From: an uncultured Candidatus Saccharibacteria bacterium
GTDB taxonomy: Bacteria; Patescibacteriota; Minisyncoccia; Phycocordibacterales; G965230995
Direction: 5' to 3'
NCBI GenBank assembly: GCA_965230995.1
Contig: OZ246398.1
Coordinates: 464,213-528,212, forward strand
DNA length: 64,000 bases
Under the pieces are notes generated by a model. The model ran no database searches. It worked only from the letters and a program-made list of their open reading frames with translations, and had not been told where the DNA came from. Shown in pieces: positions 44,087 to 54,461 of the stretch. The translations under genes and the position numbers were made by a program. How positions within the stretch are numbered: position 1 is the stretch's first letter; each line of letters opens with the position of its first letter.

Positions 44087-45757
44087 ATGAATCAAAAAAC
44101 CGCCCTAGACATACTCAAAGCCGGTAGAAATGTCTATCTGACTGGACCAGCTGGAAGCGGAAAAACATATGTCATACGCCAGTATGTTGAATATTTAAAA
44201 CAAAGGGGAGTCGGGGTAGCAATTACTGCTTCGACTGGTATTGCCGCAACTCATATTGGTGGTGTGACTATACATTCTTGGTCGGGGATTGGTCTCCGTG
44301 ATTTTTTGTCTTCATATCATATTGATGAATTAACAGAAAAAGAATATCTATTTAAAAGATATGAAAAAACAAAGGTGCTCGTAATTGATGAAATATCAAT
44401 GCTACACCCTAATATGCTCGACGGCATTGATAGAATTGCCAGAGCAATGAAAGGTAGTGATCAGCCTTTCGGAGGAATTCAGATTGTCTTGTCTGGAGAT
44501 TTTTTTCAATTACCGCCAATAGTGAGAGGAGAAGAAGAATTAGCTTTTGTCACAAAATCAAAAGCGTGGAAGGAATCAGATATCCGAATTTGCTATCTCG
44601 AGGAACAATGGCGACAAAATGATTCGTCACTTGAAAGAATTTTAAATGAAATGAGAAGCGGGGAAGTTTCTGTCGAAACGAAGGAATTGCTTTCTCAGTA
44701 TTCCGAAGACAAAAATATTGGTGATTTTGTACCAACAAGGCTTTTTACACACAACAGAAATGTTGATGAATTAAATGCTGTAGAATTATCAAAACTACCT
44801 GGAGACACTTATCAATATGAAATGCATAGTAAGGGCAAGAAACATATTGTAGAAAATATTATAAAAGGTATTTTAGCTCCAGAGGTATTGTCTCTAAAGA
44901 AAAATGCAGTCGTAATGTTTGTAAAAAATAATTTTGAAGAAGGGTACGTTAATGGAACCTTGGGTGTAGTCGAGGAATTCGATGAAAACGATATGCCAGA
45001 AGTTAGAACTTTTAAAGGTGATTTGATAAAAGTATCGGGAGCAAAATGGATTATCGAAGAAAATGGAAAAGTTCTTGGGGAAGTGACACAGTTGCCTCTA
45101 CGTCTCGCGTGGGCGATTACAATACACAAAAGCCAAGGAATGACATTGGATTGTGCTGAAATTGATCTCTCCGAAGCGTTCGTCCCTGGGCAGGGTTATG
45201 TGGCTCTTTCTAGATTGCGTTCCCTAGAGGGGCTTGTTTTGAGGGGTGCAAATGATATTGCTTTTATGGTTCATCCAAATGTGCTCAAGATGGATATTTC
45301 TCTGAAGAAAGAATCAAACAAATGGGAAAAGGTAATAGCTAGATTTTCTGATGCAGAAATTACCGAAATGCATAATGATTTTATAATAAAATGTGGGGGA
45401 ACTGTTGATGAAAAAGAAATTGAAAAAAACAAGAATAAAGAAAACGAAGCTATGCCAGAGAAGGTCTCTACTTATGAAAAAACCAAGCTCCTAATTTTAG
45501 AAAAAAAGTCATTGCAAGAAATGGCAGATCAAAGGGGAATGACTATTGGTACTATTATATCCCACATAGAAAAACTATCTGAAAAAGGAGAAGATTTGGA
45601 TATTTCATATCTAAGACCAAAAGAAGCTGATTTAAAAAAGATAAAAAGTGCTTTTGCAAAGAGTAAAGATGATAAACTAACACCGGTATGGAAAAAGTTA
45701 AAAGGAAAATATTCGTTCGAAGAACTGCGTATAGCAAAATTATTTATTAAAAAATGA
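44087..45757 (+). CDS. Pif1/RecD-like SF1B DNA helicase with C-terminal extension
   Basis: Walker A GPAGSGKTY, DExx VLVIDEISM, motif ITIHKSQGMT. Confidence 0.7.
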   Translation: MNQKTALDILKAGRNVYLTGPAGSGKTYVIRQYVEYLKQRGVGVAITASTGIAATHIGGVTIHSWSGIGLRDFLSSYHIDELTEKEYLFKRYEKTKVLVIDEISMLHPNMLDGIDRIARAMKGSDQPFGGIQIVLSGDFFQLPPIVRGEEELAFVTKSKAWKESDIRICYLEEQWRQNDSSLERILNEMRSGEVSVETKELLSQYSEDKNIGDFVPTRLFTHNRNVDELNAVELSKLPGDTYQYEMHSKGKKHIVENIIKGILAPEVLSLKKNAVVMFVKNNFEEGYVNGTLGVVEEFDENDMPEVRTFKGDLIKVSGAKWIIEENGKVLGEVTQLPLRLAWAITIHKSQGMTLDCAEIDLSEAFVPGQGYVALSRLRSLEGLVLRGANDIAFMVHPNVLKMDISLKKESNKWEKVIARFSDAEITEMHNDFIIKCGGTVDEKEIEKNKNKENEAMPEKVSTYEKTKLLILEKKSLQEMADQRGMTIGTIISHIEKLSEKGEDLDISYLRPKEADLKKIKSAFAKSKDDKLTPVWKKLKGKYSFEELRIAKLFIKK

Positions 45758-45771
45758 TATAATATTTTTAT

Positions 45772-46167
45772 ATGGAAACACAAAATTGGTATGCGATGTT
45801 AGTAAAACCAGATTGGGCACCGCCATCATGGCTTTTTGGTCCGGTTTGGTCTTTTTTGTACGCTGTGATCATTATTTCTTTTGGTGCAGTATTTTATGAG
45901 GTTATAAAGAAAAAGATTCCTGCTTTTATTGCTGTGCCGTTTATATTGAATCTAATATTTAATCTTATTTTCAGTCCAATTCAATTCGGCTTGCAGAACA
46001 ATGTGCTCGCAATGATTGATATCTTCCTCGTCTTGGGTACATTGATTTGGGCTATGGTTAAAATATGGCCACGTATGAAATGGGTTGCTCTTGTAAATAT
46101 TCCATATCTGATTTGGGTTTCTTTTGCTACGGTACTGCAAGTTACCATAACGGTAATGAACCTGTAA
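45772..46167 (+). CDS. tspO: TspO/MBR family tryptophan-rich sensory protein
   Basis: W-rich pattern KPDWAPPSWLFGPVWSFLY. Confidence 0.7.
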   Translation: METQNWYAMLVKPDWAPPSWLFGPVWSFLYAVIIISFGAVFYEVIKKKIPAFIAVPFILNLIFNLIFSPIQFGLQNNVLAMIDIFLVLGTLIWAMVKIWPRMKWVALVNIPYLIWVSFATVLQVTITVMNL

Positions 46168-46261
46168 TTGTGGATAAAATCCTTTCTTTCTATCCTAACT
46201 GGGTGATATAATTTTAATAAGCACGAGTGGTCGAAGTGCCATTTATATTAATTTACTTACC

Positions 46262-46465
46262 ATGGTAAATAAACTAACAGTTCTTGATGTAGTCACATTG
46301 ATTCTCGTAATCGTTGGTGGACTAAACTGGGGACTTGTAGCAATCAATCCAGCATACGACCTTGTAGCAATGCTCCCAGGAGCAGTAGCAACAGTTGTCT
46401 ATGTTTTGGTTGCTCTTTCAGCTGTATATCTTGCACTTGTTGCATCAAAGCTTGCTCGAAAGTAA
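46262..46465 (+). CDS. DUF378-like small membrane protein
   Basis: VGGLNWGLVAI motif; 67 aa. Confidence 0.55.
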   Translation: MVNKLTVLDVVTLILVIVGGLNWGLVAINPAYDLVAMLPGAVATVVYVLVALSAVYLALVASKLARK

Positions 46466-46512
46466 CAATTAAAACAAAAACACCGACCCTTTGGGTCGGT
46501 GTTTTTGTTTTT

Positions 46513-48087
46513 TTAATTTATCTTGAGAGGGCAAGCTAGTGTAGTACTTTTAATTGGAGCAATTATTTCACGAACCCTCGTGTCATCTTTTGAATCTATA
46601 CAAAATATACCTTCTTCTGGAATTTCTACTGATACTGCCCAGTCTGTTGCGTTTCCTGTTGCTGGTTTACCACAAACAATCTTTGCTTCAGGGAAATCAA
46701 TCGTTATTTTGCTTAATACTTTTTTTATGTCTGCGCTCTGTGTTTTTTTGTTTGCTCCGCATACTCCGTTATAGTTTTTATTATCAATACTTTCGTAATA
46801 TGCATAATTTCCAATATCAAGTAAATACGACTCTATTATCCTTTTTGGATTTGAAGAACTAAAGACACCCATTAATTCTTCAAAAGTCATCCATTCATCA
46901 GGTGGGTATATTTCTACGGGAACGTTATAGTTAGTAATATTTAATGTGACATCTAAATCAGCAGACATAATTGCAGGTGTGCTAGTAATATCTGTTGCTT
47001 TTAAGTTCAATCTGTAGAGAAGATTGTCTTTTGTACCTATAAAGGCATACAGTAATATTTTGTCTAGATCAGATGAAGCGTTATTTAATTCTGCTATTTC
47101 AGAATCAGACAAGTCGTTTCCGGTAACTTCCTTTTGAGCTTCTGTAATAAATTTTAGTAATTTTCCTTGGTCAATTGAAATTTTATATTTTCTTGTTTTT
47201 ACACCTGAGATTTCTTCTACACCATCTTTTTCCGCCTTTATAGGGTTATTTTTTTGGAATATTGGATATATCTTTTGATATGTCTCGTTATCAAATGAAT
47301 CAACTGGAACTGGGATTGGTGCACTTGTTGTTAGTGTTTCTAGACCTTGGCTAATTGGAATTGAAAACCAGTTTCCGATAATTGGCGAAAAATCAATAAA
47401 CATTGATAATATTGCAGGTACGCTTGTTACCTGTACATACAAATTTTCATCACCTGGCATTTTTACTGATGCCTGTACTGAATTATTTTCTGTATCTTCA
47501 CCCATTGTTGCTTTGACTGTAAGATCTGCCTTGTCTACTATTTTATCAGTAATAGAAACTTTTCCTGATATGCTCATATCTAAATTGTCGCTAGGACTGT
47601 CTTTAACTGTGATTTTTGTTTCTAGAGAATAGCTAAAAGATGAAGTTTTTTCCATTGCTTCCACGACGTCCTCAAAAATTGATAGAGCATTGCTTCCGCC
47701 CCATTTTGCATAAGCAAGAGTTCCTCCTACTGCAATTATTATAATAACAGCTACAATTGCTGTGATTTTTAGAACAGCGCTATGTCCGTTGTTTGGTGCC
47801 GTAGATACAGACGAATTAGACATCAATGGTTCTGGCTGTGTTGTTCCCATGTTTTGTTCCGGCTTTATTTCAGGTGTGGTTGTTTCTGTCACTTCAGGTA
47901 CTGTCTCTGTGACTTCTTTCTTTGTGTTTGCAAAAGACATACTTTGACCAGCCTCGATTTCTCGAAAGGCTTGGTCGATATCAGATTTTGTCCAATTATT
48001 TGGGAGGAGTTCTTCTATTATTATTTCTTTTGTTGCCCCTTGAGACAAACGTTTTGAAATGTACTGATTTAATTCAGGGTATGACAT
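46513..48087 (-). CDS. Hypothetical single-TM protein with large extracytoplasmic domain
   Basis: 524 aa; N-terminal cytoplasmic segment, TM, long Ser/Thr-rich region. Confidence 0.35.
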   Translation of the reverse strand: MSYPELNQYISKRLSQGATKEIIIEELLPNNWTKSDIDQAFREIEAGQSMSFANTKKEVTETVPEVTETTTPEIKPEQNMGTTQPEPLMSNSSVSTAPNNGHSAVLKITAIVAVIIIIAVGGTLAYAKWGGSNALSIFEDVVEAMEKTSSFSYSLETKITVKDSPSDNLDMSISGKVSITDKIVDKADLTVKATMGEDTENNSVQASVKMPGDENLYVQVTSVPAILSMFIDFSPIIGNWFSIPISQGLETLTTSAPIPVPVDSFDNETYQKIYPIFQKNNPIKAEKDGVEEISGVKTRKYKISIDQGKLLKFITEAQKEVTGNDLSDSEIAELNNASSDLDKILLYAFIGTKDNLLYRLNLKATDITSTPAIMSADLDVTLNITNYNVPVEIYPPDEWMTFEELMGVFSSSNPKRIIESYLLDIGNYAYYESIDNKNYNGVCGANKKTQSADIKKVLSKITIDFPEAKIVCGKPATGNATDWAVSVEIPEEGIFCIDSKDDTRVREIIAPIKSTTLACPLKIN

Positions 48088-48156
48088 AGTTTTTTATTAA
48101 TTATTCAATAGAATTATACAACACAAACGTTGTATATAGTAAAAAGTTATGCACAG

Positions 48157-48834
48157 TTAGAAAAAAGATTCAGTAAAAATATTTATTTCGGGAACATTTT
48201 GTGCCTTGAGACCTTTCCAAATATCTCTTACAAATTCTATCGAGCCGCAAATAAAAAATTCTGTGTTATTTTTATCATCTAATATCTCTGTAATTTCCTT
48301 TGGATTAATTCTTGTCAGTTTAGTACCACTTATTTTTTCTCTTGTTATATGAGGGTGAAAATTTTTTCCTAGTATCTTTTTAAATTCATCAAAATAAACC
48401 ATATCTTCTTTTGTTTTTGAGCTGTACCAAAGTCTTAAACCGCCTATTTCTTTTGAAGATTTTATCATTGAATGAAACGGAGTAATTCCAATGCCTCCGG
48501 CTATAAAAACCTTGTTTGTGTTATCTTCTTCTGAATAAAAAAAGCCGTAGGGTAGGGATATGTGTATTTTGTCGCCAATATTACGCTCGTTTAGATATGA
48601 AGAAAAAACGCCAATCTTTTTAACTGTAATTGAAATATATGGATCAAAAATAGAGCTAGATATACTGTATGATTTCGCTTCCGTGCCTATTTCTGGTGCA
48701 AAAATATTTATATATTGACCGGGGACAAAATTAGAAAAAATATTTCTATCAAAAAAAAGAGAAAATATATCTTTACTATGATATTTTTTATCTATTATTT
48801 TTGCATTAATTTTCTTTTCCTCCATTTTTTTCAA
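48157..48834 (-). CDS. FNR-like FAD/NAD(P)-binding oxidoreductase
   Basis: FAD-binding barrel plus GGIGITP NAD-binding motif. Confidence 0.5.
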   Translation of the reverse strand: MKKMEEKKINAKIIDKKYHSKDIFSLFFDRNIFSNFVPGQYINIFAPEIGTEAKSYSISSSIFDPYISITVKKIGVFSSYLNERNIGDKIHISLPYGFFYSEEDNTNKVFIAGGIGITPFHSMIKSSKEIGGLRLWYSSKTKEDMVYFDEFKKILGKNFHPHITREKISGTKLTRINPKEITEILDDKNNTEFFICGSIEFVRDIWKGLKAQNVPEINIFTESFF

Positions 48835-49261
48835 AATCGTTTATTGCCTCACGAAGTGCGTGATGTCCTAAAACAGAACAATGGTATTTTCTATCAGGAA
48901 GGCCACCCAGTCTTTCAATGATTGTCTCGGCTGTTATCCGTTTTGCTTTGGATAAATCCATTCCGCCATTTTCTGTTACCATAACCGATACCATCGATGT
49001 TGAAGCGATAGCAGATGCGCATCCAAAAGTTCTCCATTTACACTCTGTAACCTTGCCTTCTTTTACTTTTATCCACATTGCCATCATATCTCCGCAGGCA
49101 GGACTACCAACAATACCAACTCCATCAGCAACGTAATTTTTTTCGTCGAGCAATAAATTTCTCGGATTAAAGAAATGATCTTTTACTGTGTCGCTATATA
49201 CCCAAGATCCATTTTCTCCGGTGCATATTCCGTCTGTAATTTTTGTCTCTGTATTTTTCAT
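48806..49261 (-). CDS. IscU/NifU-like Fe-S cluster scaffold
   Basis: GSPACGD…FGCASAIAS cysteine motifs. Confidence 0.7.
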   Translation of the reverse strand: MKNTETKITDGICTGENGSWVYSDTVKDHFFNPRNLLLDEKNYVADGVGIVGSPACGDMMAMWIKVKEGKVTECKWRTFGCASAIASTSMVSVMVTENGGMDLSKAKRITAETIIERLGGLPDRKYHCSVLGHHALREAINDFEKNGGKEN

Positions 49262-49944
49262 CTAATGTTACATTCTTTTACATATTCAAGCATTGTTTTT
49301 CTTATTTCCTCGAATTCTTCGTCACTATATGTTGTTTTCTTGATGAATTGTGGGTTGAGAATTCTTGTTGCTACAAATTTTTGTAGAAAATATTTTTTTG
49401 CACCTTTTATTGCTTTGCCGATTAACGGAAAGTCTTCTTTTGGCAAAAGCGCTTTAACTACTGTGGTTCTGAATTCGTAATCAAGCCCAGAATTTTTGAT
49501 TATTTCTATACTTTCTTTTATCTTCTTTAAATCTACAGCACGACCGACAGTCGCACCATATTTTTCTAGTGGTGATTTTATATCCATAGCAATATAGTCA
49601 ACCAATTTTTCCTTTATTGCTTTCTTTAATACCTGAGGGTTTGTGCCATTGCTGTCTAATTTTACAAGAAAACCCATGCCTTTTATTTTTTTGATAAAAG
49701 GCAATAGGTCGTCCTGCATTGTAGGTTCGCCACCTGTAATTGTGACAGCATCAAGAGAACCTTTTCTTTTTTCTAGAAATTCAAAGAATTTTTCTTCGTC
49801 GAGTTCATTTTCTATTGTCTCGTCGACTAAATCTGGGTTGTGACAGAAAGGACATCTAAAGTTACATCCAATCGTAAAGATGATAGCCGATATTTTTCCG
49901 GGATAATCAATAAGCGAAAACTTTTGTAGTCCGCCGATTCTCAT
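49258..49944 (-). CDS. nrdG: Anaerobic ribonucleotide reductase activating protein (radical SAM)
   Basis: CNFRCPFCHNP motif; adjacent to nrdD. Confidence 0.8.
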   Translation of the reverse strand: MRIGGLQKFSLIDYPGKISAIIFTIGCNFRCPFCHNPDLVDETIENELDEEKFFEFLEKRKGSLDAVTITGGEPTMQDDLLPFIKKIKGMGFLVKLDSNGTNPQVLKKAIKEKLVDYIAMDIKSPLEKYGATVGRAVDLKKIKESIEIIKNSGLDYEFRTTVVKALLPKEDFPLIGKAIKGAKKYFLQKFVATRILNPQFIKKTTYSDEEFEEIRKTMLEYVKECNIR

Positions 49945-49962
49945 AATGATTTTTGTTAAGGG

Positions 49963-52152
49963 CTATTTCTTCTTCTCTTTTTTAGTTTCGACTGCAATGT
50001 TGGCACACATTTTTCCATCGATTGCTTTCGCGTCTATATGTGATCTGATAGCGTATTCTGCTTGTTTTCCGTTGTTCCAGTTTTCAACTGGTCGTAGGTA
50101 ACCAACTATTCGTGTATAGACTTCACAGTGGTTACTGCAAGTAGGGCAAGTTTTTGCTTCTCCGTGAATGTATCCATGGTTTGAACAGACGCTGAATGTT
50201 GGTGAAAGGGTAAAGTATGGAAGGCGATAATTTTCACAAACTTTTTTGACTAATTGTTTTACTGATTCTGGATTGTCTATTCTTTCGCCAAGGAAGAAGT
50301 GAATAACAGTACCGCCTGTGTATTTTGTTTGGAGGTTATCCTGAAGGTCTAGAATCTCAAACATATCATTTGTGTGATTAACAGGAAGATGTGTCGAGTT
50401 TGTATAGAAAGGATCTTTTGCTTCTTTACCAATTCCGTTTGCAAAGATCATATCTTTGTATTTTTTCTGATCCAAAAGAGCCAATCTGTATGATGTGCTT
50501 TCTGCCGGTGTTGCTTCTAGGTTGTAATTGTTTCCAGTTTCTTCTTGGTAATCTGCGATTCGCTCTCGCATAAGATCCATAACCTTTTCTGCCAATTTCA
50601 TTCCTTTCTTTGATCCTATATTGTCTCCGGTTATGAGTCTGACTGCTTCGTTCATTCCAACCAATCCTATTGTTGAAAAATGGTTTTTCCAGTATGAGCC
50701 GTTGATTTTTCGTATTTCTGAAAGGTAATATTTTGTATATGGGTAAAGATTATTTTCAGTTAATTTCTCAAGAATCTTTCGTTTAATCTCGAGACTTTCT
50801 TTTGCGGTATCCATTAAGGCAAAAAGTTTTTCGATGAATTTCTTTTCGTCTTTTGTGTCGTATGCAAGTCTAGGCATATTAATAGTTACAACACCAACAG
50901 AACCAGTGAGTGGATTTGCGCCAAATAGACCTCCTCCTCGTTTGTTCAATTCTCGGTTGTCGATTCGCAATCTGCAACACATTGATCTTGCGTCTTCTGG
51001 GGACATATCAGAATTGATGAAATTAGAGAAATATGGAATTCCGTATTTTGAAGCGACATCCCACAATCTCGCAACTCTTGGGTTGTTCCAATCAAAATCT
51101 TTTGTGATGTTGTATGTTGGGATAGGGAAAGTAAAGACTCGTCCAGAAGCGTCACCTTCTTGCATGACTTCTAGAAATGCTGTATTTAGCATATCCATTT
51201 CTCTTTGGAATTCACTGTAAGTTTCTTTTTGGACTTGGCCGCCACGTAGAACACCCATCTCTTTGTAATATGAAGGAACAGTTAGGTCGAGAGTGATGTT
51301 TGTAAATGGTGTCTGGAATCCGACACGAGTTGGTACGTTTACATTGAAAACAAATTCTTGCAATGCTTGTTTTACTTCTGCAAAAGACAGGTGATCGTAC
51401 CAGATAAATGGTGCGAGCAATGTATCAAAGTTTGAAAGTGCTTGCGCTCCCGCAGCTTCGCCTTGGAGGGTATAGAAGAAGTTCACTATTTGTCCCAAGG
51501 CAGTCCTAAAATGTTTTGGGGGTCTGCTAGATAATTTTCCTGGTACTCCGCCAAATCCTCTTTTCAAAATGTCTTGCAAATCCCATCCCACGCAATATAC
51601 AGAGATGAGGTTTAGATCATGAATATGAAAGTCACCACTTAAATGTGCATCTCTTACGTGTTCAGGATAAATTTTGTTTAGCCAATATGTTTTGCTAATT
51701 TCAGAAGAAAGATAGTTGTTTAGTCCCTGTAGAGAAAAACCCATATTGCTGTTTTCCCTTACTTTCCAGTCTGCCAAATCAAGATATGAGTCAACGAGAC
51801 TAATAGATTCTGTATTTACTATATTTCTAATCTGGGCGTGTTGTTCTCGATACAAAATGTAGGCTTTTGCTGTTGTGTGATATTTTGATGTGAGCAAAAC
51901 CTCTTCTACTATGTCCTGTACGTCTTCAACATTAGGAATTGCGTCCTTTGATTTTAGATTTGAAAAAAGTTTTTTGACTACTTGTTTGGTCAAATCTTCT
52001 GCGAGACCGTGTTTGTATTCACCAGTTGCCCTTAGCGCCTTTTCGATAGCTCGGGTTATCTTTTTTTCTTCAAATTGAACTACTTTTCCATCTCTCTTGG
52101 TAATATTTTGGGGAGAACCCACCGCTAACGCTTTATTTTTTGGCGCTTTCAT
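49963..52152 (-). CDS. nrdD: Anaerobic ribonucleoside-triphosphate reductase
   Basis: C-terminal glycyl-radical motif TRIVGYLRP, Cys-rich zinc site, N-terminal ATP-cone-like segment. Confidence 0.85.
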   Translation of the reverse strand: MKAPKNKALAVGSPQNITKRDGKVVQFEEKKITRAIEKALRATGEYKHGLAEDLTKQVVKKLFSNLKSKDAIPNVEDVQDIVEEVLLTSKYHTTAKAYILYREQHAQIRNIVNTESISLVDSYLDLADWKVRENSNMGFSLQGLNNYLSSEISKTYWLNKIYPEHVRDAHLSGDFHIHDLNLISVYCVGWDLQDILKRGFGGVPGKLSSRPPKHFRTALGQIVNFFYTLQGEAAGAQALSNFDTLLAPFIWYDHLSFAEVKQALQEFVFNVNVPTRVGFQTPFTNITLDLTVPSYYKEMGVLRGGQVQKETYSEFQREMDMLNTAFLEVMQEGDASGRVFTFPIPTYNITKDFDWNNPRVARLWDVASKYGIPYFSNFINSDMSPEDARSMCCRLRIDNRELNKRGGGLFGANPLTGSVGVVTINMPRLAYDTKDEKKFIEKLFALMDTAKESLEIKRKILEKLTENNLYPYTKYYLSEIRKINGSYWKNHFSTIGLVGMNEAVRLITGDNIGSKKGMKLAEKVMDLMRERIADYQEETGNNYNLEATPAESTSYRLALLDQKKYKDMIFANGIGKEAKDPFYTNSTHLPVNHTNDMFEILDLQDNLQTKYTGGTVIHFFLGERIDNPESVKQLVKKVCENYRLPYFTLSPTFSVCSNHGYIHGEAKTCPTCSNHCEVYTRIVGYLRPVENWNNGKQAEYAIRSHIDAKAIDGKMCANIAVETKKEKKK

Positions 52153-52252
52153 ATGCTATACTTTATTAACCGATATTCGACGCAAAGTGTGCGTGACGAA
52201 TATCATATTTATAATCGTCTATACGTTTAATTATACATCGACGAACATCTAT

Positions 52253-52561
52253 ATGACAAAAATAGACACAAAAAAGTTGGGGATAAACGAAGAAGAGCTC
52301 TGCCCGGAGTGTTTTAAAGTTGTCGGTTCATCCAGTCGTTACAAGCTGGTTTGTTTTTTGGGGCAAAAAAATGAGGGGGCTACTGTAACAGAGATTACAG
52401 ACAAACTCAAGTTGAAACAACCCACAGTCAGTCATCATTTGAATGTATTAAAATCAATAAATGCAGTATTATGTGAAGAAAGGGGCAAAGAAAGAGTTTA
52501 CAAGTTAAATGAAAACGCACACTGTTTTGAGGAATGTAAAATTCCATATGGTATAAATTAA
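52253..52561 (+). CDS. ArsR/SmtB-family HTH regulator
   Basis: wHTH pattern with ELCPECF Cys pair. Internal Met start MTKIDTKK chosen, because the track start overlaps the nrdD 5' end. Confidence 0.55.
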   Translation: MTKIDTKKLGINEEELCPECFKVVGSSSRYKLVCFLGQKNEGATVTEITDKLKLKQPTVSHHLNVLKSINAVLCEERGKERVYKLNENAHCFEECKIPYGIN

Positions 52562-52564
52562 TAT

Positions 52565-53656
52565 ATGAGATCATATATTGAACGAACAAAAAGTTTTTTA
52601 AATAAACACGAACGTCGAATATCCGTTTTTGCTCTCCTAGCCGGATTCGTTTTTGACTCTCTGACTCTGACTCAGATAGATAGGCTATATGACAATATGG
52701 TTATTATCGCGTATATCGTGATAGCTTCCATTGGTATATTTATAGTCAATCTATATAGTAACGGTAGAATAGTCGGTAGACTTTTTTCTCTGATTGATTC
52801 GATGTTTCCTATTTTGATTCAATTTGCATTTGGTGGACTTTTTAGCGCGTTTACTGTTTTTTACTCGAGGAGTGCTACTCTTTCTGGTAGCTGGCCATTT
52901 TTGCTTGTGCTTGTCGGTCTGCTCATCGGTAATGAATTTTTAAAGAAGCATTATAGATTGTTTACTCTTCAAATCGGGCTACTATTTTTTGTTGTCTATT
53001 CGTATTTGATTTTTGTGGTGCCAATTTTGTTACAAAAAATGGGGACGATCGTTTTCCTTACGAGCGGGGTTCTTGCTTATATAATTTTGAGATATTATTT
53101 GAAACTTTTTTCAAAATTTGTACCCGAATTATATTCAAAAGCAAAGTTCTGGATTAATTTATCAGTCGTTTCTATATTAGTTGTAGTTAATACTTTATAT
53201 TTCTTGAATTATATTCCGCCAATTCCACTATCGCTAAAGCATATTGGTGTTTATCACAGTATTGTGCGGGGTAGCTCTGGTGATTTTGTTGTTAGATACG
53301 AAGAAAAACCTTGGTACAAAAAATTCTTTTTTACTGATGTTTACAAAAAAGAAGGAGACGGACGTGTTTATGTGCTTAGCAATATTTATGCACCTGTTGA
53401 TTTAACCGCAGATATTATTCACGAATGGCAAAAATATGACGATGTAACTGGTGAATGGAAAAAAGTTTTTGAAATATCATTTCCAGTAAGGGGCGGTAGG
53501 TCTCAGGGTTATAGGGGATATAGCTACAAAGAAAATCCAGATATCGGATTATGGAGAGTAAATGTAAAAACAGCCAAAGGTCAGATTGTTGGTAGACAAA
53601 AATTCCGAGTCGAGCAATCAACAGGCAATATAAACATTGTTCAAAAGGTGATGTAA
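52565..53656 (+). CDS. Multi-TM membrane protein with C-terminal soluble beta-rich domain (DUF2914-like)
   Basis: 363 aa; about six TM helices, then a 150-aa hydrophilic domain. Confidence 0.35.
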   Translation: MRSYIERTKSFLNKHERRISVFALLAGFVFDSLTLTQIDRLYDNMVIIAYIVIASIGIFIVNLYSNGRIVGRLFSLIDSMFPILIQFAFGGLFSAFTVFYSRSATLSGSWPFLLVLVGLLIGNEFLKKHYRLFTLQIGLLFFVVYSYLIFVVPILLQKMGTIVFLTSGVLAYIILRYYLKLFSKFVPELYSKAKFWINLSVVSILVVVNTLYFLNYIPPIPLSLKHIGVYHSIVRGSSGDFVVRYEEKPWYKKFFFTDVYKKEGDGRVYVLSNIYAPVDLTADIIHEWQKYDDVTGEWKKVFEISFPVRGGRSQGYRGYSYKENPDIGLWRVNVKTAKGQIVGRQKFRVEQSTGNINIVQKVM

Positions 53657-53945
53657 ATATCGTCCAAAAAACAATATAGATTTTGATTTTAAATTAATTT
53701 AAATAACCTTACGTTAATCTAAATTAGTAAAAGTTCGTTTTAAAAATTATTTTACAAAAAAAGTCATTTTTGATTGGAATTTTTAGATACTCAAAAAATA
53801 TCATTTCCGATATATCCTCTTAACCACAAGGATATATCGAAAAACCCTTATTTAAAGCCATTTGTGTACTTGACAAAAAAGATATATCGGTTATGGTTTT
53901 GCCAGAACCAGATGTTTGAGAACCACCATAAACCGGGAGATTCCC

Positions 53946-54461
53946 ATGAGTGCCCAAGACTGGAAACAGGCCGTGAACGAAGAGCGCGAAAGAAAAGAGC
54001 AGGAGAGAAAGGATCTTGCGGAAGCAGAAGCAAGGATGAAAGTTCGCGTGGCTGAGGTGTGGACTGTCCTGCATGAGTTCGAAAAAAGTGACGCTGCGAA
54101 GGATGCTTCTGAGTTTCTCCGTATGCTCTACAAGGAGGGCTACGTCATCGGAGGGTATGTGAGTTATTCCATCAGTAGGGTTAGAAGCCACAAGAGTGTA
54201 CCGTTGCAGCTCGGACGATACGCTAAGGTGCAATTTGATTTTGTGGATTCTGTGTGGCTTTTTTTATCTTATCCTCCTGATCCTTTTTTTAGTTTTGCCT
54301 TCACGTATCGTGATGATAACGATGACGGCAGAGCTCTCGAGAAACTCCTGAGTGAGGATCCGGAACTTGATGGCAAAAAGATTCTGAAACTCTTCACTGA
54401 CTTTCTTGACGAGGAGGTCAAGAAGTGGAAACTGAGGCAGGCGGAGAAGTCAGGGAAGTAG
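53946..54461 (+). CDS. Hypothetical protein in a GC-rich islet (start at MSAQDWK)
   Basis: The 5'UTR/RBS accataaaccgggagattccATG is almost identical to that of 38734..39330. Promoter-like TTGACA-16-TATGGT with gatatatc half-site repeats upstream. Confidence 0.45.
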   Translation: MSAQDWKQAVNEERERKEQERKDLAEAEARMKVRVAEVWTVLHEFEKSDAAKDASEFLRMLYKEGYVIGGYVSYSISRVRSHKSVPLQLGRYAKVQFDFVDSVWLFLSYPPDPFFSFAFTYRDDNDDGRALEKLLSEDPELDGKKILKLFTDFLDEEVKKWKLRQAEKSGK

